Notes: generated from the letters alone by a model not told the origin. A stretch of DNA of 64,000 nucleotides from Mustelus asterias (GCF_964213995.1 NC_135824.1:52576001-52640000); one strand, 5' to 3'; positions 12,530-26,488 are shown, counted from the first letter of the stretch. Made by a program: numbers and translations.

Positions 12530-13880
12530 GCCGGGAAGATTTTAGAGTCCATTATTAAAGATGAGATCACGGAGTACTTGCAAGTGCATGATAAAATAGC
12601 GATGAGGCAGCACGGCTTCGTTAAAAGGAGGTCATGTCTGACAAATCTGTCAGTGTTCTTTGAGGAGATAACAAGGAAGTTAGATAAAGGAGAACCAGTG
12701 GATGTGATTTATTTAGATTTCCAGAAGGTCTTTGACATGCTGCCGCATATGAGACTGTGCAATAAGTTAAGAACCCATGGTTTTAAGAGTTAGATCCTGG
12801 CATGGATAGAGGATTGGCTGACTGGGAGAAGATAGAGAATGGGGATAAAGGGATCTTTTCCAGGATGGCAGTCGGTGATGTGCCTCAGGCGTAGGTGTTG
12901 GGACCACAACTTTTCACAATATGCATTAACGATTTGGAGGAAGAAACTGAAGGCATTGTTGCTACGTTTGCAGGTGATACAAAGATATGTAGGGGGACAG
13001 GTAGTATTGAGGAAGCAGGGGGGATGCAGAAGGACTTGGCCAGGCTAGGAGAGTGGGCAAAGAAGTGGCAGATGGAATATAATGTAGAAAAGTGTGAGAT
13101 TATGCACTTTGGAAGGAGGAAGGGAGGCATAGATTATTTTCTAAATGGAGAAATGCTTAGGAAATCAGAAGCACAAAGAGACTTGGAAGTCCCTGTTCAA
13201 GATTCTCTTCAGGTTAACCTGCAGGTTCAGTCGCAGTTAGGAAGGCAAATGCAATGTTATCATTCATGTCGAGAGGGATCGAATACAAGAGCAGGGATGT
13301 AGTTCTGAGGCTGTATAAGGCTCTGGTCAGACCCCATTTGGAGTATTGTGAGCTGTTTTGGGCCCCGTATCTAAGGAAGAATGTGCTGGCCTTGGAAAGG
13401 AGGAGGTTCACAAGAATGATCTCTGGAATGAAGAGTTTGTCGTATGAGGAACGGTTGTGGACTCTGGGTCTGTACTCGTTGGAGTTTAGGAAGATGAGGG
13501 GGATCTTATTGAACCTTACAGGATACTGCGAGGCCTGAATAGAGTGGACGTGGAGAGGTTGTTTCCACTCGTAGGAAAAACAGAACCAGATGTCACAACC
13601 TCAGACTAAAGGGATGAACCTTTAAAATTGAGATGAGGAGGAATTTCTTCAGCCAGCGACTGGTGAATCTGTGGAACTCTTTGCCGCAGAAGGCTGTGGA
13701 GGCCACGTCATTGAATGTCTTTAAGACAGAGATAGATACGTTCTTGATTAATAAGGGGATCAGGGGTTATGGGGAAAAGGCAGGAGAATGGGAATGAGAA
13801 TCATATCAGCCATGATTGAATGGCGAGCATACTCGATGGGCCAAGTCGCCTAATTCTGCTCCTAAGTCTTATGGTCTTAT
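12530..13880 (+). mobile_element. 5'-truncated CR1 LINE (RT region, frameshifted)
   Basis: QHGFVKRRSCLTNL, VIYLDFQKVFD, LGPQLFTICINDL, FAGDTK, LVRPHLEYC. Confidence 0.92.
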
Positions 13881-14139
13881 CGTCTAATGAAACGGTGTTT
13901 GGGTAAATGAACAGCGACATTGCCAGATTACAATTACCAGGAAAAGTCGAACATGTTGGATTTTCAGCAAAAGAGAAGGTTGGGGATGAGCTGATGGAGA
14001 CCTTTGGAACTATTAACCAAGTTTGATGCAGGGAAAATGTTCCCACTTGTGTCGGACACCAGATTGAGGAGATCATCACAATAAGATAGGCATTAATGAA
14101 TCCAATCGGAATTCAGGCCAAAGTTCTATGCTCAAACCT

Positions 14140-14835
14140 GGTGAGGGACTTTGGGGTGCATGTCCAAAGATCCGTGGAGGCAGCAGGATAGATAGATAAG
14201 GTGGTTAAGAAGCCATATGGGATACTTAGCATTATTAGTCGAGGCATAGAATACAAGAGCAAGGAGGTTATGATGGAGCAGTATGAAATGCTCGTTAGGC
14301 CACAGCTAAAGTATTGTGTGCAGTTCTGGTAGTCACTCTAGGATGTGATGGAACTGGGGAGGGTGCAGTGGAAATTCACCAGGATGCTGCCTGGGCTGGA
14401 GCATTTCAGCTATGAAGGGAGAGGGGTTAGGGTGGGGTTGCTTTCCTTAGAGCAGAGAAGGCTGATGGAAGGACTGATGTAAGTGTACAGAATTATGAGG
14501 GCCATGGGGTAGATGAGAAGAAACTTTCCCCTTACTGCAGGGATGGACAACCAGGGGAGAATAATTAAGGAAAGGGGCAGGAGATTCAGAGGGACTTTGA
14601 GGAGAAACATTATCACTCAGAGGGTGTGGCAATCTGAAACCCATTGCCTGAAACTGTGGTAGAGGTGCGAACCCACACAACATTTAAGAAGCATTTAGAT
14701 GAGCACTCGAAACACCATCGCAGACAAGGCTATGGACCAAATACTGGAAAATAGGAACATAATAGGTCGGAATTTGATGGCTGGTGCAGACACAATGGAC
14801 AGAAGGGTCTCTTTCTGTGCTGTAAAACTCTAGTA
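14140..14835 (+). mobile_element. CR1 LINE 3' fragment
   Basis: Degenerate CR1 C-terminal coding region and tail. Confidence 0.75.
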
Positions 14836-14968
14836 ATGACAAGTAATGATACACATGGAAATAAAATAAAGACAGCAGGAGCACATGAAAGAAATGGCCG
14901 ATTGAAAGAAATGCGAAGTAACAAGAGAAGAGGATATTTTTTTGGGCGCTGAAATTTTCCTTCAGCAG

Positions 14969-14982
14969 CCAGCAGAGGGCGC
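14969..14982 (+). promoter_or_regulatory. Predicted CTCF site
   Basis: CCAGCAGAGGGCGC matches the CCASYAGRKGGCRS core. Confidence 0.65.
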
Positions 14983-15011
14983 TCCAGGACCAGAGTATCT
15001 CACAATATTTA

Positions 15012-16070
15012 TGAAACATAGAAACATAGAAGTTCGGAGCAGGAGGAGGCAATTCGGCCCTTCGCGCCTGTTCCACCATTCATCACGACCATGGCTGATC
15101 GTCCAACTCAATAGCCTAAACCTGCTTACTCCCAATAACCTTTGATCCCATTCACCCCAAGTGCTATATCCAGCCGCCTCTTGAAGATATTCAATGTTTT
15201 GGCATCAACTACTTCCTGTGGTGATGAATTCCACAGGCTCACCACTCTTTGGGTGAAGAAATGTCTCCTCACCTCCGTCCTACATGGTCTACCCTGCATT
15301 CTCAGACTGTGACCCTGGTTGTGGACACCCCCACCATCGGGAATATCCTCCCTGCATCTACCCTGTCTCGTCCTGTTCGAATTTTATAAGTTTCTGTGAG
15401 ATCCCCCCTCATTCGTATGAACTCCAGAGAAAACAGTCCTAACTCAGTCAATCTCTCCTCATACATCAGTCCTGCCATCCCTGGAATCAGCCTGGTAAAC
15501 CTTCGCTGCACTCCCTCGAGAGCAAGAACATCCTTCCTCAGAAAAGGAGACCAAAACTGCACACAATATTCTAGGTGTGGCCTCACCAAGGCCCTGTATA
15601 ATTGCAACAACACATCCCTGCTCCTGTTCTCGAAACCACTCGCAATGAAGGCCAACATAACATGTACCTTCTTTACCGCCTGCTGCACCGGCATACTTAC
15701 CTTCAGCGACTCGTGAACAAGGGCAATTTCCAGCCATTCAGGAAGTAATCTGCCTTCTTTTTGCTTCCAAAGTGAATAACCTCAGATTTATCTAAATTAT
15801 GCTGCATCTGCCATTGATTTACCCACTCACCCAACCTGTCCAGATCAAGCTGAAGGATCTTTACATCCTCGTCACAGTTCGAGCTCCCACCCTACTTGGT
15901 ATCAGCTGCAAACGTTGAGATGTTACATTTTGTTCCCTCATCCAAATCATTAATATATATTGTGAATACCTTGGGGCCCAGCACCGATTCCTACTCTTTG
16001 TTTCCTCTCTACCAACGAGTTTTCTATCCATCTCAATACACTTGCCCCAGTCCCATGCGCTTTAATCTTG
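15012..16070 (-). mobile_element. CR1 LINE 3' fragment
   Basis: ORF 15302-15694(-) LVRPHLEYCVQFWSPFLRKD; GAAACATA tail repeats. Confidence 0.9.
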
Positions 16071-16119
16071 GACAGAAGAAAGTAAGTAAGCTCCTCTAGT
16101 CTGTTGCTGAAGTTTGAAG

Positions 16120-16402
16120 TTTATGTTTTAGTGTCACAAGTAGCCTTACATTAACACCACAATGAAGTTACTGTGAAAATCCCCTTGTCGCCTCACTCCG
16201 CCACCTGTTCCAGTATACTGAGGGAAAATTTAGCATGGCCAATCCACCTAGCCAGCACGTCTTTCGAACTGTGGGAGGGAACTGGAGCACCCGGAGGAAA
16301 CCCACGCAGGGAATGTACAAACTCCACATAGACAGTGACCCAAGCAGGGAATCAAACACGGGTCCCTGGTGTTGTGAGGCAGCAGTACCAACCACAGTGC
16401 CC
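16120..16402 (-). mobile_element. V-SINE, alternative tail
   Basis: Same consensus as other copies. Confidence 0.8.
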
Positions 16403-16654
16403 ATGCTGCCCATGTGCCACCACGCTGCCCCTTCCTGCCATGCTGCCAAATGCACCGATCCTTAAAATTCCTTCTTAAATGCCTAAACTATTCAGTTACC
16501 TACCCCAAAATATTTTACAGCCATGGGAATACAGACAACCTTTTTACCCCTTAACATTTGGTAGCATTCTAGTCAAAGTGCATTCCACACCCTCCAGGTA
16601 CAATATATGCTTCCTAAAGTGCGCAGCCAAGAAGTGAGCACAATGCAGCAGGGA

Positions 16655-16954
16655 GTTCATTCAACCCATCGAGTCTGCACGAACTCCACAAAACAGCATC
16701 TTACCTAAGCCCTCCCTTCCATCCCCGAAACCTTGTGCATTTACCATGGCTAATACACCGAACCTACACATCGTTGGACAATAAGGGACAATCGTGCATG
16801 GTCATATTTACCTAATCTGAACATCTTTTGACTACGGGAGGAAACTGAAGGAAATCCACAGGGGTATGGGGAGAATGTACAAACTCCACACAAGACCAGA
16901 GTCAAACTCGTGTCCCTGACACTGTGAGGCAGCAGTGCCAACCACAGTGCCACC
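16655..16954 (-). mobile_element. Older V-SINE copy
   Basis: Degenerate SINE consensus. Confidence 0.7.
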
Positions 16955-17199
16955 AACGCTTGTCCAAAAGATATCAAGGGTCCTGTAACTACTCAAGTGG
17001 AACGTCCTCCATTTTTATGACTGTTCTGTTGCTGTAACGGCTGAACCTATGATTCTTTTTTGCATCTCTGTTTCCCTTTCTGTTCAAATCTTTGTTCACT
17101 CACGAAACCTATCTATACCACCTTGCAGTCTCCTTATGTCCGCTTCACAATTTACTTTCCGACGTGTCTCTGTACCAAGAGTAAACTTGGCAACCACAC

Positions 17200-18815
17200 T
17201 TTCTATTCCTTCAAATACGTCACTTATATCGTAAAGCATTGTGTCTCCAGCACTGATCTCAATGCAGACAGCCCGTTACATCTTGCCAACTGGAAAATGA
17301 CATCTATCTTTACTTTGTTTCTCGCACAAATATTTTTTTTTGTTTCAGGCTGGGAGCCCTGCACTCATCCCCCTGGCATACCTCTAGTTACGTCTTGCCA
17401 CCCAGAAAATACCCATTTACGGCTTCCCTCTATTTCCTATTAGCCAACTGATCTTCAGTCTATTCCAACATGGCATAAATTACACCACCAGCTTTTATTT
17501 TCCACATTAACCTTTGAAGTGGCACTTTATCAAATGCAGTCTGGAAATCCTAAGTATAGTACATCCACTGGTTCTGCTTGATCCACGGGACATGTTACTT
17601 CTTCAAAGAACTGAAATAAATTTGTTAACTATGATTTCCCTTGCCCAAAACCATGTTGACCCTGCCTGATTACCCTGAGTTTATCTGAGTACCCTGACAT
17701 AACATCTTCAATCATAAGTTCGAACCTTTTCTCTATGACAGATCTTAAGCTAATCGGCCTGTAATTTCTTGCTTTTTGTCTCCTACATTTTCAATATATG
17801 AGTTACGTCGACTATTTTCTAATCTATTGAAACCTTCCAGAATCTGAGAGATTTTGGAAAATTGGAGTATGTCACTCGCTACTTCTTTTAAGACTCGAGG
17901 ATGCAGTCCATCAGGCCCCGGGGACTTGTCAGCCTGCAGCTCCAACAATTTGCTCGGTACCACTTCATTGGTGATTGTAATTTTATCGAGTTCTTCCCTC
18001 CCTTCCAATAACTGATATACAGCTGTTTCTGGGATGTTACTTGTATGCTGTACAATGAAATTGTTGCAAAATACCTGTTCAATTCATCTATAGTGTCCTT
18101 AATTTCCATTATTAATATCGCAGATTCACTTTCTTTCGCACCAAGCCTCATTTCCTCTTTTTAAGTACGTATAGAAACTCTTATCAATTTTTTAAAAATT
18201 CTAATTAGCTTTCTTGCTTACTCTAATATTTCCCTTCTTGTTCATCTCTAAATAATTCGCTGCTGTTTTTATGTTCTTCCACCCATCTTTACACAATTAT
18301 ATGTTTTAAGTTTGATTGCTTCTTTAAATTTTTATCTAACCACGGATGGTAGGTCCTCCCTTTGATTCTTTTTTTCTTGTTGGACTGCATCTGTTCTCTG
18401 TATTCTGAAACATCCCTTGAAATGTCGGCCATTACAATACTATTGACTATCCTTTAATCTCATTTACCAGTTGAATTTGGCCATTTACCAGCTATATTTT
18501 CATGCCCTCATAATTGCCCATATAAAAGTTTAAAATAATAGTCTTGAAACCACTCCTCTCGCTCAGCGCCTTGGATATGAAGCCATTATTTTATTCTATC
18601 TCGTGACATAATTTTAAGTCCACTGTAGCTTGTTTTCTGGTTGGTCCCAGAACCCTCGGTTCTAAGAAACTATCCCGAAAATATTCTATGAACGCCTCAT
18701 CCAGGCTATCTTTGTCCACCTGATTTTTCCAGTGTACATATAGTCCAAAATCCCCATGATTATTGGCGTATCTTTCTGACAATCTCAATTATTTCTTCCT
18801 TTCTACTATGTCCTA
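17200..18815 (-). mobile_element. Degenerate CR1 LINE (RT to endonuclease region)
   Basis: DKSPGPDGLHPRVLKEVA; HGDF..W..FIEYFRDSFL. Confidence 0.85.
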
Positions 18816-18817
18816 CC

Positions 18818-19851
18818 GGCACGCTGGCATAGTGGTGAAGTCGGGAATGGGTTAATGAACTTTGTCACACTTAAGCATTAAGGCCCGAACTCTGTGATTT
18901 TGTTGAGAACACTGCAGAGTTCATGTTTTTGTCAGAGTTCGGTGTTTTTCATGTCTGTGCCAGATAAGAAGAACAGCTATTCTTGTTATTCAGAAATGCG
19001 ATTAACCCAGCTTGAAATAAGCTAAACAGTCTCCATTTTCATGTACCTTTGTTTAACACGATGCAGTTGACATGTGTGCCTTCTGTCTTTGTATAACCAT
19101 AGATTTATATATATATATATTCATCATACGTTATTCATCTTATCCTGATATAAAGTATTATACAAACTTGTATGTATATTAGTTAACTTGTTTGTGCAAA
19201 ACCTGTGATGTTGTTTCAAGGATATAAATGACGAACAATCGTGGCCTTGGAGATCGAACAAACTACGCAGAGGAAGATACTGCTAATACAACAAGAATCT
19301 CACCATGAACAATGACAGACATCTTAGAGAATTGCAATGTAATAAGGGCAGGGCCCGGGACATATATAAACTCTGTTCTTACTTGTGTTCGATGAGAAGG
19401 CTGGGGGTCCACTGTTAGGAACCTCACTTCTCCCACAATTGTGAAAATAAACACTGCATTTTGAACCACTAATAGTGTCAGAGGTTTTTTGCCTACAACA
19501 GTGGTTAGCAGTGCTACTTCACAGCTCCAGGGACCTGGGTTCGATTCCTGGCTCGGTTCACTGTCTGTGCGGAGTTTGCACATTCTCCCCGTGTCTGCGT
19601 GGGTTTCCTCCGGGTGCTCCGGTTTCTTCCCACAGTCCAAAGATGTGCGGGTTAGGTTGATTGACCAAGCTAAATTGCCCCTTAGTGTCCCGGGATGCGT
19701 AGATTAGAGGGATTAGTGGGTAAATATGAATGTTAGAGGGATTAGCAGGTAAATATGTAGGGATAGAGGGATAGGGCCTGGGCGGGATTATTGTCGGTGC
19801 AGACTCGATGGGCCGAATGGTCTCTTTCTCCACTGTAGCGTTTCTATGGTA
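18818..19851 (+). mobile_element. V-SINE split by a solo LTR
   Basis: GGCACGCTGGCATAGTGG at 18818-18835 continues as GTGGTTAGCAGTGC at 19501. Confidence 0.85.
18836..19500 (+). mobile_element. Solo LTR (665 bp)
   Basis: TG...CA ends, 4-bp target duplication GTGG (18832-18835, 19501-19504), TATA-like box near 19365, AATAAA at 19446. Confidence 0.85.
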
Positions 19852-20330
19852 CTGCACTTTGCTTGAGGTTTTGCTTCCTGATTTCGCCCGGCGGCTCCTA
19901 CCTCTAATATACCTGCCCCCACCAGAGAGCGCACTTTCCCCTAACCATCATCTCGACTGTTTTAAACATTATAAACATGTCAATTCGATCACGCTCCAAA
20001 GTTCTGAATCTATGGAAATGCAGGTTAGATTTATCGACACTGCTGACTTTATTAACACTGTTTCACCGACACATCGTTGCACCTGTCTGATGTACTTGCA
20101 CTGCAAACTCTTTACTGTTTTTCCCCTCTCCATTCACCTGTGAATGTTCCTATGGCAACCTTCTGCTCCCAGCAGCCTTTGCGTTCCACCAATCAGAATG
20201 AGACGGGGGTTGTCCAAAACTGCGCTTATTATTTCCCTCGATGTTTTGTAAAGTCCAGGCTTGATCCTCTCAATACGCCAGGCTCCGGATCTCGAACCTT
20301 CACTCATTTTGAGGGGAAAAAGAGCAAAAG

Positions 20331-20842
20331 ATGCACCTGTTACTGGGTTTGATAATCATATTTCGCGGTAAGAACATTTAATCATATTTTGCCTCTTTCT
20401 TTGTCCCTTACTTTATTATTGCTTCTCATTTTCTTTCGCTCTTCTTTCCCGTCCTCCCTCCCCCTCGTTCTTCCATCAATTTTCTCTTTCTCTCTCCCCG
20501 GGAATGTCCAACTAACTGGCCTTCTCTTCCCCACCCTCTTCGACAGGCGTGAATTCACAGACTATCCAGCAGACCCCTGCCGCTGTCTCCAGATCCTCCG
20601 GGGAGGCAGTGGAACTAACGTGTTCCCTGGTCGGCACCAGCACTGCTTCAATGTTCTGGTACAGACAATTCCCGGGAAAAGAGCCTCACTTGATGTTTTA
20701 CTCCATGGCTGCAGAAAGCGTGAATTCAGAAGGGACGGTGGACGGTTTCACAGCCGTGAGACCGAATATGAATAAGTTCAACCTGACTGGCTCCAGCCTG
20801 CGGGTGAAGCACTCGGCCGTGTATTACTGCGCCTGGAGTATT
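20331..20842 (+). CDS. TRBV: TCR V segment (V5, CAWS family); exons 20331-20367 and 20547-20842
   Basis: Leader MHLLLGLIIIFR, MFWYRQ, AVYYCAWS, perfect 23-RSS. Confidence 0.92.
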
Positions 20843-20881
20843 CACAGTGACTCAGAGAGATGGAGCAGCTCAACAAAAACC
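20843..20881 (+). promoter_or_regulatory. 23-RSS of V5
   Basis: CACAGTG + 23 nt + ACAAAAACC. Confidence 0.97.
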
Positions 20882-21925
20882 CCAAAGGCAGCAGGAAACA
20901 GCTGCGAATGATAAAACCAGGTGGTGTCGGATCCGCTTCGCGTTGTGCAAAGACCTCTACAGACATGTTCATCACAGGGACAGCTGCCTCTTGACTGCGG
21001 TTTGAGAATCTGCTGATAACCGTTAACCCACTTCTCTCAGACTCAAGGCCGCTTCTGACGTGCTTATCAAATGATGTGTTTCCAGACAGAAAATAATTTA
21101 ACCCCTTGATTCTCTTAGCGTGTCGAAACAGAAGCCTGCACTGTCTGAACTAAAGAGGCCGTTCCAACCATTGAGTCTGCGCCAGTACTCTTCGTAAAGT
21201 CAGTCCAGTTAGAAATCTCAGCCCTCTTCAATGATCCCTCCCGATTCTTTTCTCTCGCAGTTCTTCATCAGCTTCTCCGTAAATGCTAGTGAATGGTGAA
21301 TGCTATTTTCCTCAAACACGTTTTGTGTAAGCGAGGTTCACATACTCACACGCTTCAGAGTAACTGAATGGGTTTATTACTGACTACTTTATAGTCATAG
21401 TCCCAGATTTGGTCGTTCCTATCCAATTCGTGCCCCACCCCCACCCCATCCCCATCTCCGCTGTCTTTTGACCATAGAGTCCATTTAATGTCCAACGTTC
21501 CCCCTTTCAAATATGTATTCCATTCTCTTTCGAAAGTTATAATTGAATCAGCTGCTATCATCCTATCAGGCCGGGTCCCAAGGACTCGCTGTCTCCCACT
21601 ACTTTTTCTGCCAACTATTAATTCTATGGTTCACCACCCTATTACAGTGGAATTATTGTCTCATTGTTAACCTTATAAAAACCCAATATCATTGTGAGCA
21701 CCTCTCTTACATCTTTACTTATCATTCTGTGCTCTGCCTTGTATATGACACTGCTGAACCGAGGATTGGGATGGAGTGTGAGTTACGCAGGAAATGGAGG
21801 TAAGCTTGTTAATCGCAACCGGATGCTTCTTATTTAATGAGCTACAGAAGAGGGGCCTGAGTGGTCCCGAGCTCATTAGTTTAAACAGCCAAGCAGTATC
21901 GAATGAAGCTATCACGCTACGTAAA

Positions 21926-22809
21926 GTTTATTATCTAATATTAATGGTGTCACTAATTTCATGTAAGTCAAAGTAACAAACCTTTGGAGAGTTGTCGCCT
22001 CGCTGGTAGGAATTTTGTCTCGAAATCAGGAGATGCAAGGGCCGACTCTTTCTCCTGAGATTTGAGTTCATCATCTAGGGTAACACTCCCGAGGTTAGTG
22101 CAATAGGAGTTCGGCATTTTCAGAGATGCCGAATGCAAATAAGACGACCTCCGTCTCGTTGGAAATAAGTGACCCAAGGGCGGAATTGATAGAGTAGGGA
22201 ACTTCACAGCAGTATACTGAGTCAACATGTATCCTAGAATATGCTCCAAAAAAGCCCAAATGCACTGCTCGGATTTATTCATTTCAGTTATTGGGAGCTC
22301 GCGTTGCTTAAATTGGCAGCCGCGTTGGCCCCATCAAAACAATGTCGAGATTGTATCGTATTATTTCTTGGTGTTAAGATTTGGGACTTTCTGAGTTCGG
22401 GAAAGACGCTTTATGAATGGATGATGTCGTTTTCCCCATATATCGTCCCTGTCTAATCGATTATTGACTAAAACGATAAACTAACGGATGTCTTATTCGG
22501 CAGGAATACTTGCCTCTTACGTGGATCAGGCGCCATCCATGCTAACGATTGCAGCAAGGAAGTCTGCGCGTTGAAGAACGCCGTATGTTCTGATACAGAC
22601 AGTGATCAAGTCGGAATTAGAAGCTCATTTCTATCATGCTGGAGCAAGGGCTGTCACGAAGTACACCTCTGAGTTGTTTGGGGTATCAGAACCAGCAGAA
22701 CGCTGTTTAGTTTCGATATGAGGGACGCGGCTGTCTCTCACACCGCTCTTTATTTCTGCGCTGATACTTCCACCGCGTTTGAGAAGGCGGATCCACAGCA
22801 ACGACAGCC
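21926..22809 (+). pseudogene. TCR V pseudogene of a different family (V6)
   Basis: 37-nt leader-like exon without ATG (21926-21962, GTAAGT donor); acceptor at 22503; ILASYVDQAP.., MF*YRQ*, SHTALYFCADT; relic RSS CACCGCG-23nt-ACGACAGCC (22771-22809). Confidence 0.75.
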
Positions 22810-22830
22810 TGCACCCAGGGCTCCTTTACA

Positions 22831-22844
22831 CCGGCAGATGGCAG
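22831..22844 (+). promoter_or_regulatory. Predicted CTCF site
   Basis: CCGGCAGATGGCAG, 21 nt after the relic RSS. Confidence 0.55.
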
Positions 22845-23578
22845 AATTCGGTAGGTTTTTCTGTTATCATGGAATGATATGGTAGGAGGAGTTGAATCTG
22901 ATCACGTCGCTGTGCCGACACTTTCAAAGAACTATTCAGTAAGTTCTAGTCCCCTGCCTTTGTCTCATAGCTCTGAGAGAGTACCTCTTTCAAGAATCGA
23001 GCCATTTTCTTTATTGGTAAAATTGGCTCACTAGTGGGATATTGCATTCCAACACTTAAGAAATAGTGACATAAAAAAACTTACCATATGCCAGCTGATC
23101 CTTAAATCTGTCTCGTCCGTTGACCGAATCTTCTGTCACTGGAAGCAATTTGTCCTTAATTCCACTAACAAAACCCTCAATAATTTTGAAGAACTCTATT
23201 AAATCTCCCGCTGCAATCTCCGTTTTCAGGAGAACAATCCCATCTTTTCCAGTCCCTCCACATTAGGCCACGCCTCTGATACGGTACTGGTAAATCTGCT
23301 TTGCACCTCCCTTAGGGCTTGAAACAGTTCCAAAATTGTAGTTCCCAGAATTTGGCACAACACCTCAGCTTAATGGTGACTCCAAATGGTTCAGCATGGT
23401 CTCCTGCAATTAATCTGCATTTTTATATTGAGGTCGCATTCCTTTATGGGCTTCTCATTTGGTCCTTGCACTTCCAAATATAGATACGTCACCAGGTCTC
23501 TCTGGCACTGAATCTCCCCGTTATTCATTTACATTGTTAGTTGACAGCATTGGATTGAATGTCACTGCTTAATTTCCA

Positions 23579-23592
23579 CCACCAGATGGCAG
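23579..23592 (+). promoter_or_regulatory. Predicted CTCF site
   Basis: CCACCAGATGGCAG, consensus core. Confidence 0.65.
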
Positions 23593-24132
23593 CACAATTG
23601 GGAAGCATAGCTCTTCAAACCCACCATTCCACTCTATCATTCAGGCTGGCAATTTAGTGAGTGATAATGGTCTTGACCATTCTGCCTTGTAGACAGAAAA
23701 AGAGCGACTTTAATAATGACTTTAACAACAATAAAGGCAATATTGGCTTTAAAGGGTTATTCTGGCTGAGATTTAAGAAAGTTGGGATATTCGGCCAACT
23801 TATAATTAAAAACAGATGCAGGTCGCAAAGTTGCTGTGAGTTATGACCTGGTCTGGGAACTGTGATCTGAAGCTTCCTGTGTTGACCAAATATGGGGAGT
23901 TGTTTACTTTGAGTTAGATCTGATGGCACCAATGTTTTATGGGTTATATGTGAACTACATGCAATCTGAATCAAGAATAATGGCGCTGTTTACAAGTAAT
24001 TTCATTAGCTGCTCGAGCCATGGGATCCGTTGCCAGTTACACCATTGGCTGGGTGCCTTATCGCCAATAAAAGCAGAAATCAAAACAGTTCTCACTTATA
24101 TTTGATGTACAGGTTGAACAGTATGCACACTG

Positions 24133-24472
24133 GAGAGGTGATGGCCTAGTGGCATTATCGCTAGACCATTAATCCAGAAATTCAGCTCATGTTCTGGGGA
24201 CTCAAGTTCGAATATCGTCACGGCAGATGGTGGAATTTGAATTTTTAAAAAAATGTCTGGAATTAAGAATCTACTGATGGCCAGGCAACCATTGCTGATT
24301 GTCAGAAAAACCCACCTCGTTCACTAATGTCCTTTAAGGAAGGAAATCTGCGATCCTTACCTTGTCTGGCCTACATGTAATTCCAGAGCCACAGCAATGT
24401 GGTTGACTCTCAACTGCCTTCGGGCAACGAGGGATGGACAATAAATGCCCATGTTCCACGAATGAATAAAAA
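24133..24472 (+). mobile_element. Second-family SINE
   Basis: Colinear with 5057-5392. Confidence 0.8.
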
Positions 24473-25676
24473 CACAATTTGTAACTTGCCTAGTAGTGAG
24501 AAAGTAAATGAACTTCTTCCAAGTAAACACAGTAAGAAGTAACGCAAACACTGTTGTGATCGTTCAAAACATAGAGTCGCGCATTTGGGTCGGATTTAAT
24601 ACCAAGCAAATATGACGACGAGGTATAGATAGATATCAACCATGAGGGCATAACAACATATTTTCCCTATCCTGGGCAAATGGGCTAGGAGGTTAGCACG
24701 AAACATTATTTTATCTTAACAAGAATTAAGTAAACTTTATAAAGAAATGGTCCTACATGCAATTAACACCTCATACGGCCAGTCAGGGGACAATGGAAAA
24801 TGAAATCAATAGCTGACTATCAGCCCAGGAAGCCAATTAGAAACTGATCATGTCCAACTAAACCATCGTCTCATTTAGACGAATCAGAATGCAACAACGT
24901 CATTGATCGCGCTGTGGATTATGGTTCTCATTGAGTTAATAAGCGAAGCTATTCCTGATCAAATTGCGCAGCAAGTACCCGCGGCCAAGAAAGGAAGTAC
25001 AAGTTATGGGGAGAGAACAGGGATCGACTGTCAACCTGTTCCCAGAACCGAACGGAAACCAAGAGCCGTAGTACGTTAGTCAAGTCTTTGATAAGTATAA
25101 ATCTACAATTTATTAAAGATTTCCTGAGTCACTTCACCAAACTATCGCTTGTTGCCTAAATGGTTGAACTTTATATTTACACAATTGACTTCAAGTTCAA
25201 ATAATGCCTCAAACTTACGGGAGTAATTCCAAGAGGATAAGAACGGAAATCTGACCGTGATTACCACCCCTGGAGTGTTTTGGTTCATGACACTAGCACC
25301 CAAGAGGTAGATGACAGCAGGATGAATAACCGATCATGTCGTCAGAGCCGGTTAGTATGACCAGAGCCTCCTCCCCAGCTCCTGCGGCTCTGCTGTAAGT
25401 ATATACAAGCATGCGAGGCCATTCTGCCTCTCCGACCTGTTTGTGCTGCATGTGTGCAAGAGTTGCTGCAATTCTCAGCGTCCATACCATTCCAGATTCT
25501 GGCTGTTTCAGTTTCACTGTTTTTTGTACACTGATTAGAACAAGAATTTTCACACCCCAAGTCTCACCTCTCCGTCGAGGCACACCAGAGTACAGGAACA
25601 CGACAACTTGCATTCCTATGGCTCTCTTGATGGTCACAGGGCGGATAGACATTCTTCACGGCTTTTGAAATCGAAG

Positions 25677-26000
25677 AATCATAGAATCCCTATAGTACGG
25701 AAAGAGACCATTCGGCCCATCGAGTGTGTACCGACCACAATCCCACCCAAGCCCTATTCCCGTAAACCCACACATTTACCCTGCTAATCCCCCTGATACT
25801 AAGGTCAATTTAGCATAGCCAATCAACCTAACCCGCACATCTTTGGACTGTGGGAGGAAACCGGAGCACCCGGAGGAAACCCACGCAGACAGGGGGAGAA
25901 CGTGCAAACTCCACACAGACAGTGACCAGAGACTGGAATTGAACCCGGATCCCTGGCGCTGTGAGACAGCAATGCTAACCACTGTACCACCGTGCCACCC
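25677..26000 (-). mobile_element. V-SINE (HE1-like)
   Basis: SINE consensus. Confidence 0.85.
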
Positions 26001-26488
26001 TTTAAGTCTTACACTTGAAGCCGACAATCAATAAATACACAGCGGAATCAGGCAAAGAGCAAAGCTATGTAGTACGCAGGAATAACAGCAGGGAACCACA
26101 CATTTTTAACAAGTTAACCCATGCGTTTAGCCGTCTGGGTGAAAAAAATATAAATATTCTCAGGCGCGTTTACACGCACTGCACCGTCAGTATTCAATCT
26201 CTCAACCGTCACAATGTAAGCAATCTCGAATTGCGCCTTAGAGCTGTAGGCAGCCCTTGGATCTCTACCTTAATTATAACCGGGGGCGGGCGGGCGGGGC
26301 TGGGGGGTGGGGCGGACGGGCAACTGAGCCAGTAACACAACAGGTTCCACCCACCGCCAATCGGATAGCTGCAATTGGATACTGATGCAGATCAGGATTT
26401 CTGATTTGTTCGCATTGTATTCCACCAGAGCGCCTGAACAAGACCTCATAACGGAAGTGAGAAGTAGGAAGGAAACAAGACTCTCTCC

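Noticed and set aside
25293-25652. Minus-strand ORF with V-like fragments (VKLKQPES, YSRAAGAGEEALV)
   Set aside because: No canonical Cys or Trp, no YYC, no RSS, and the apparent intron is too short; at most an unrecognisable relic
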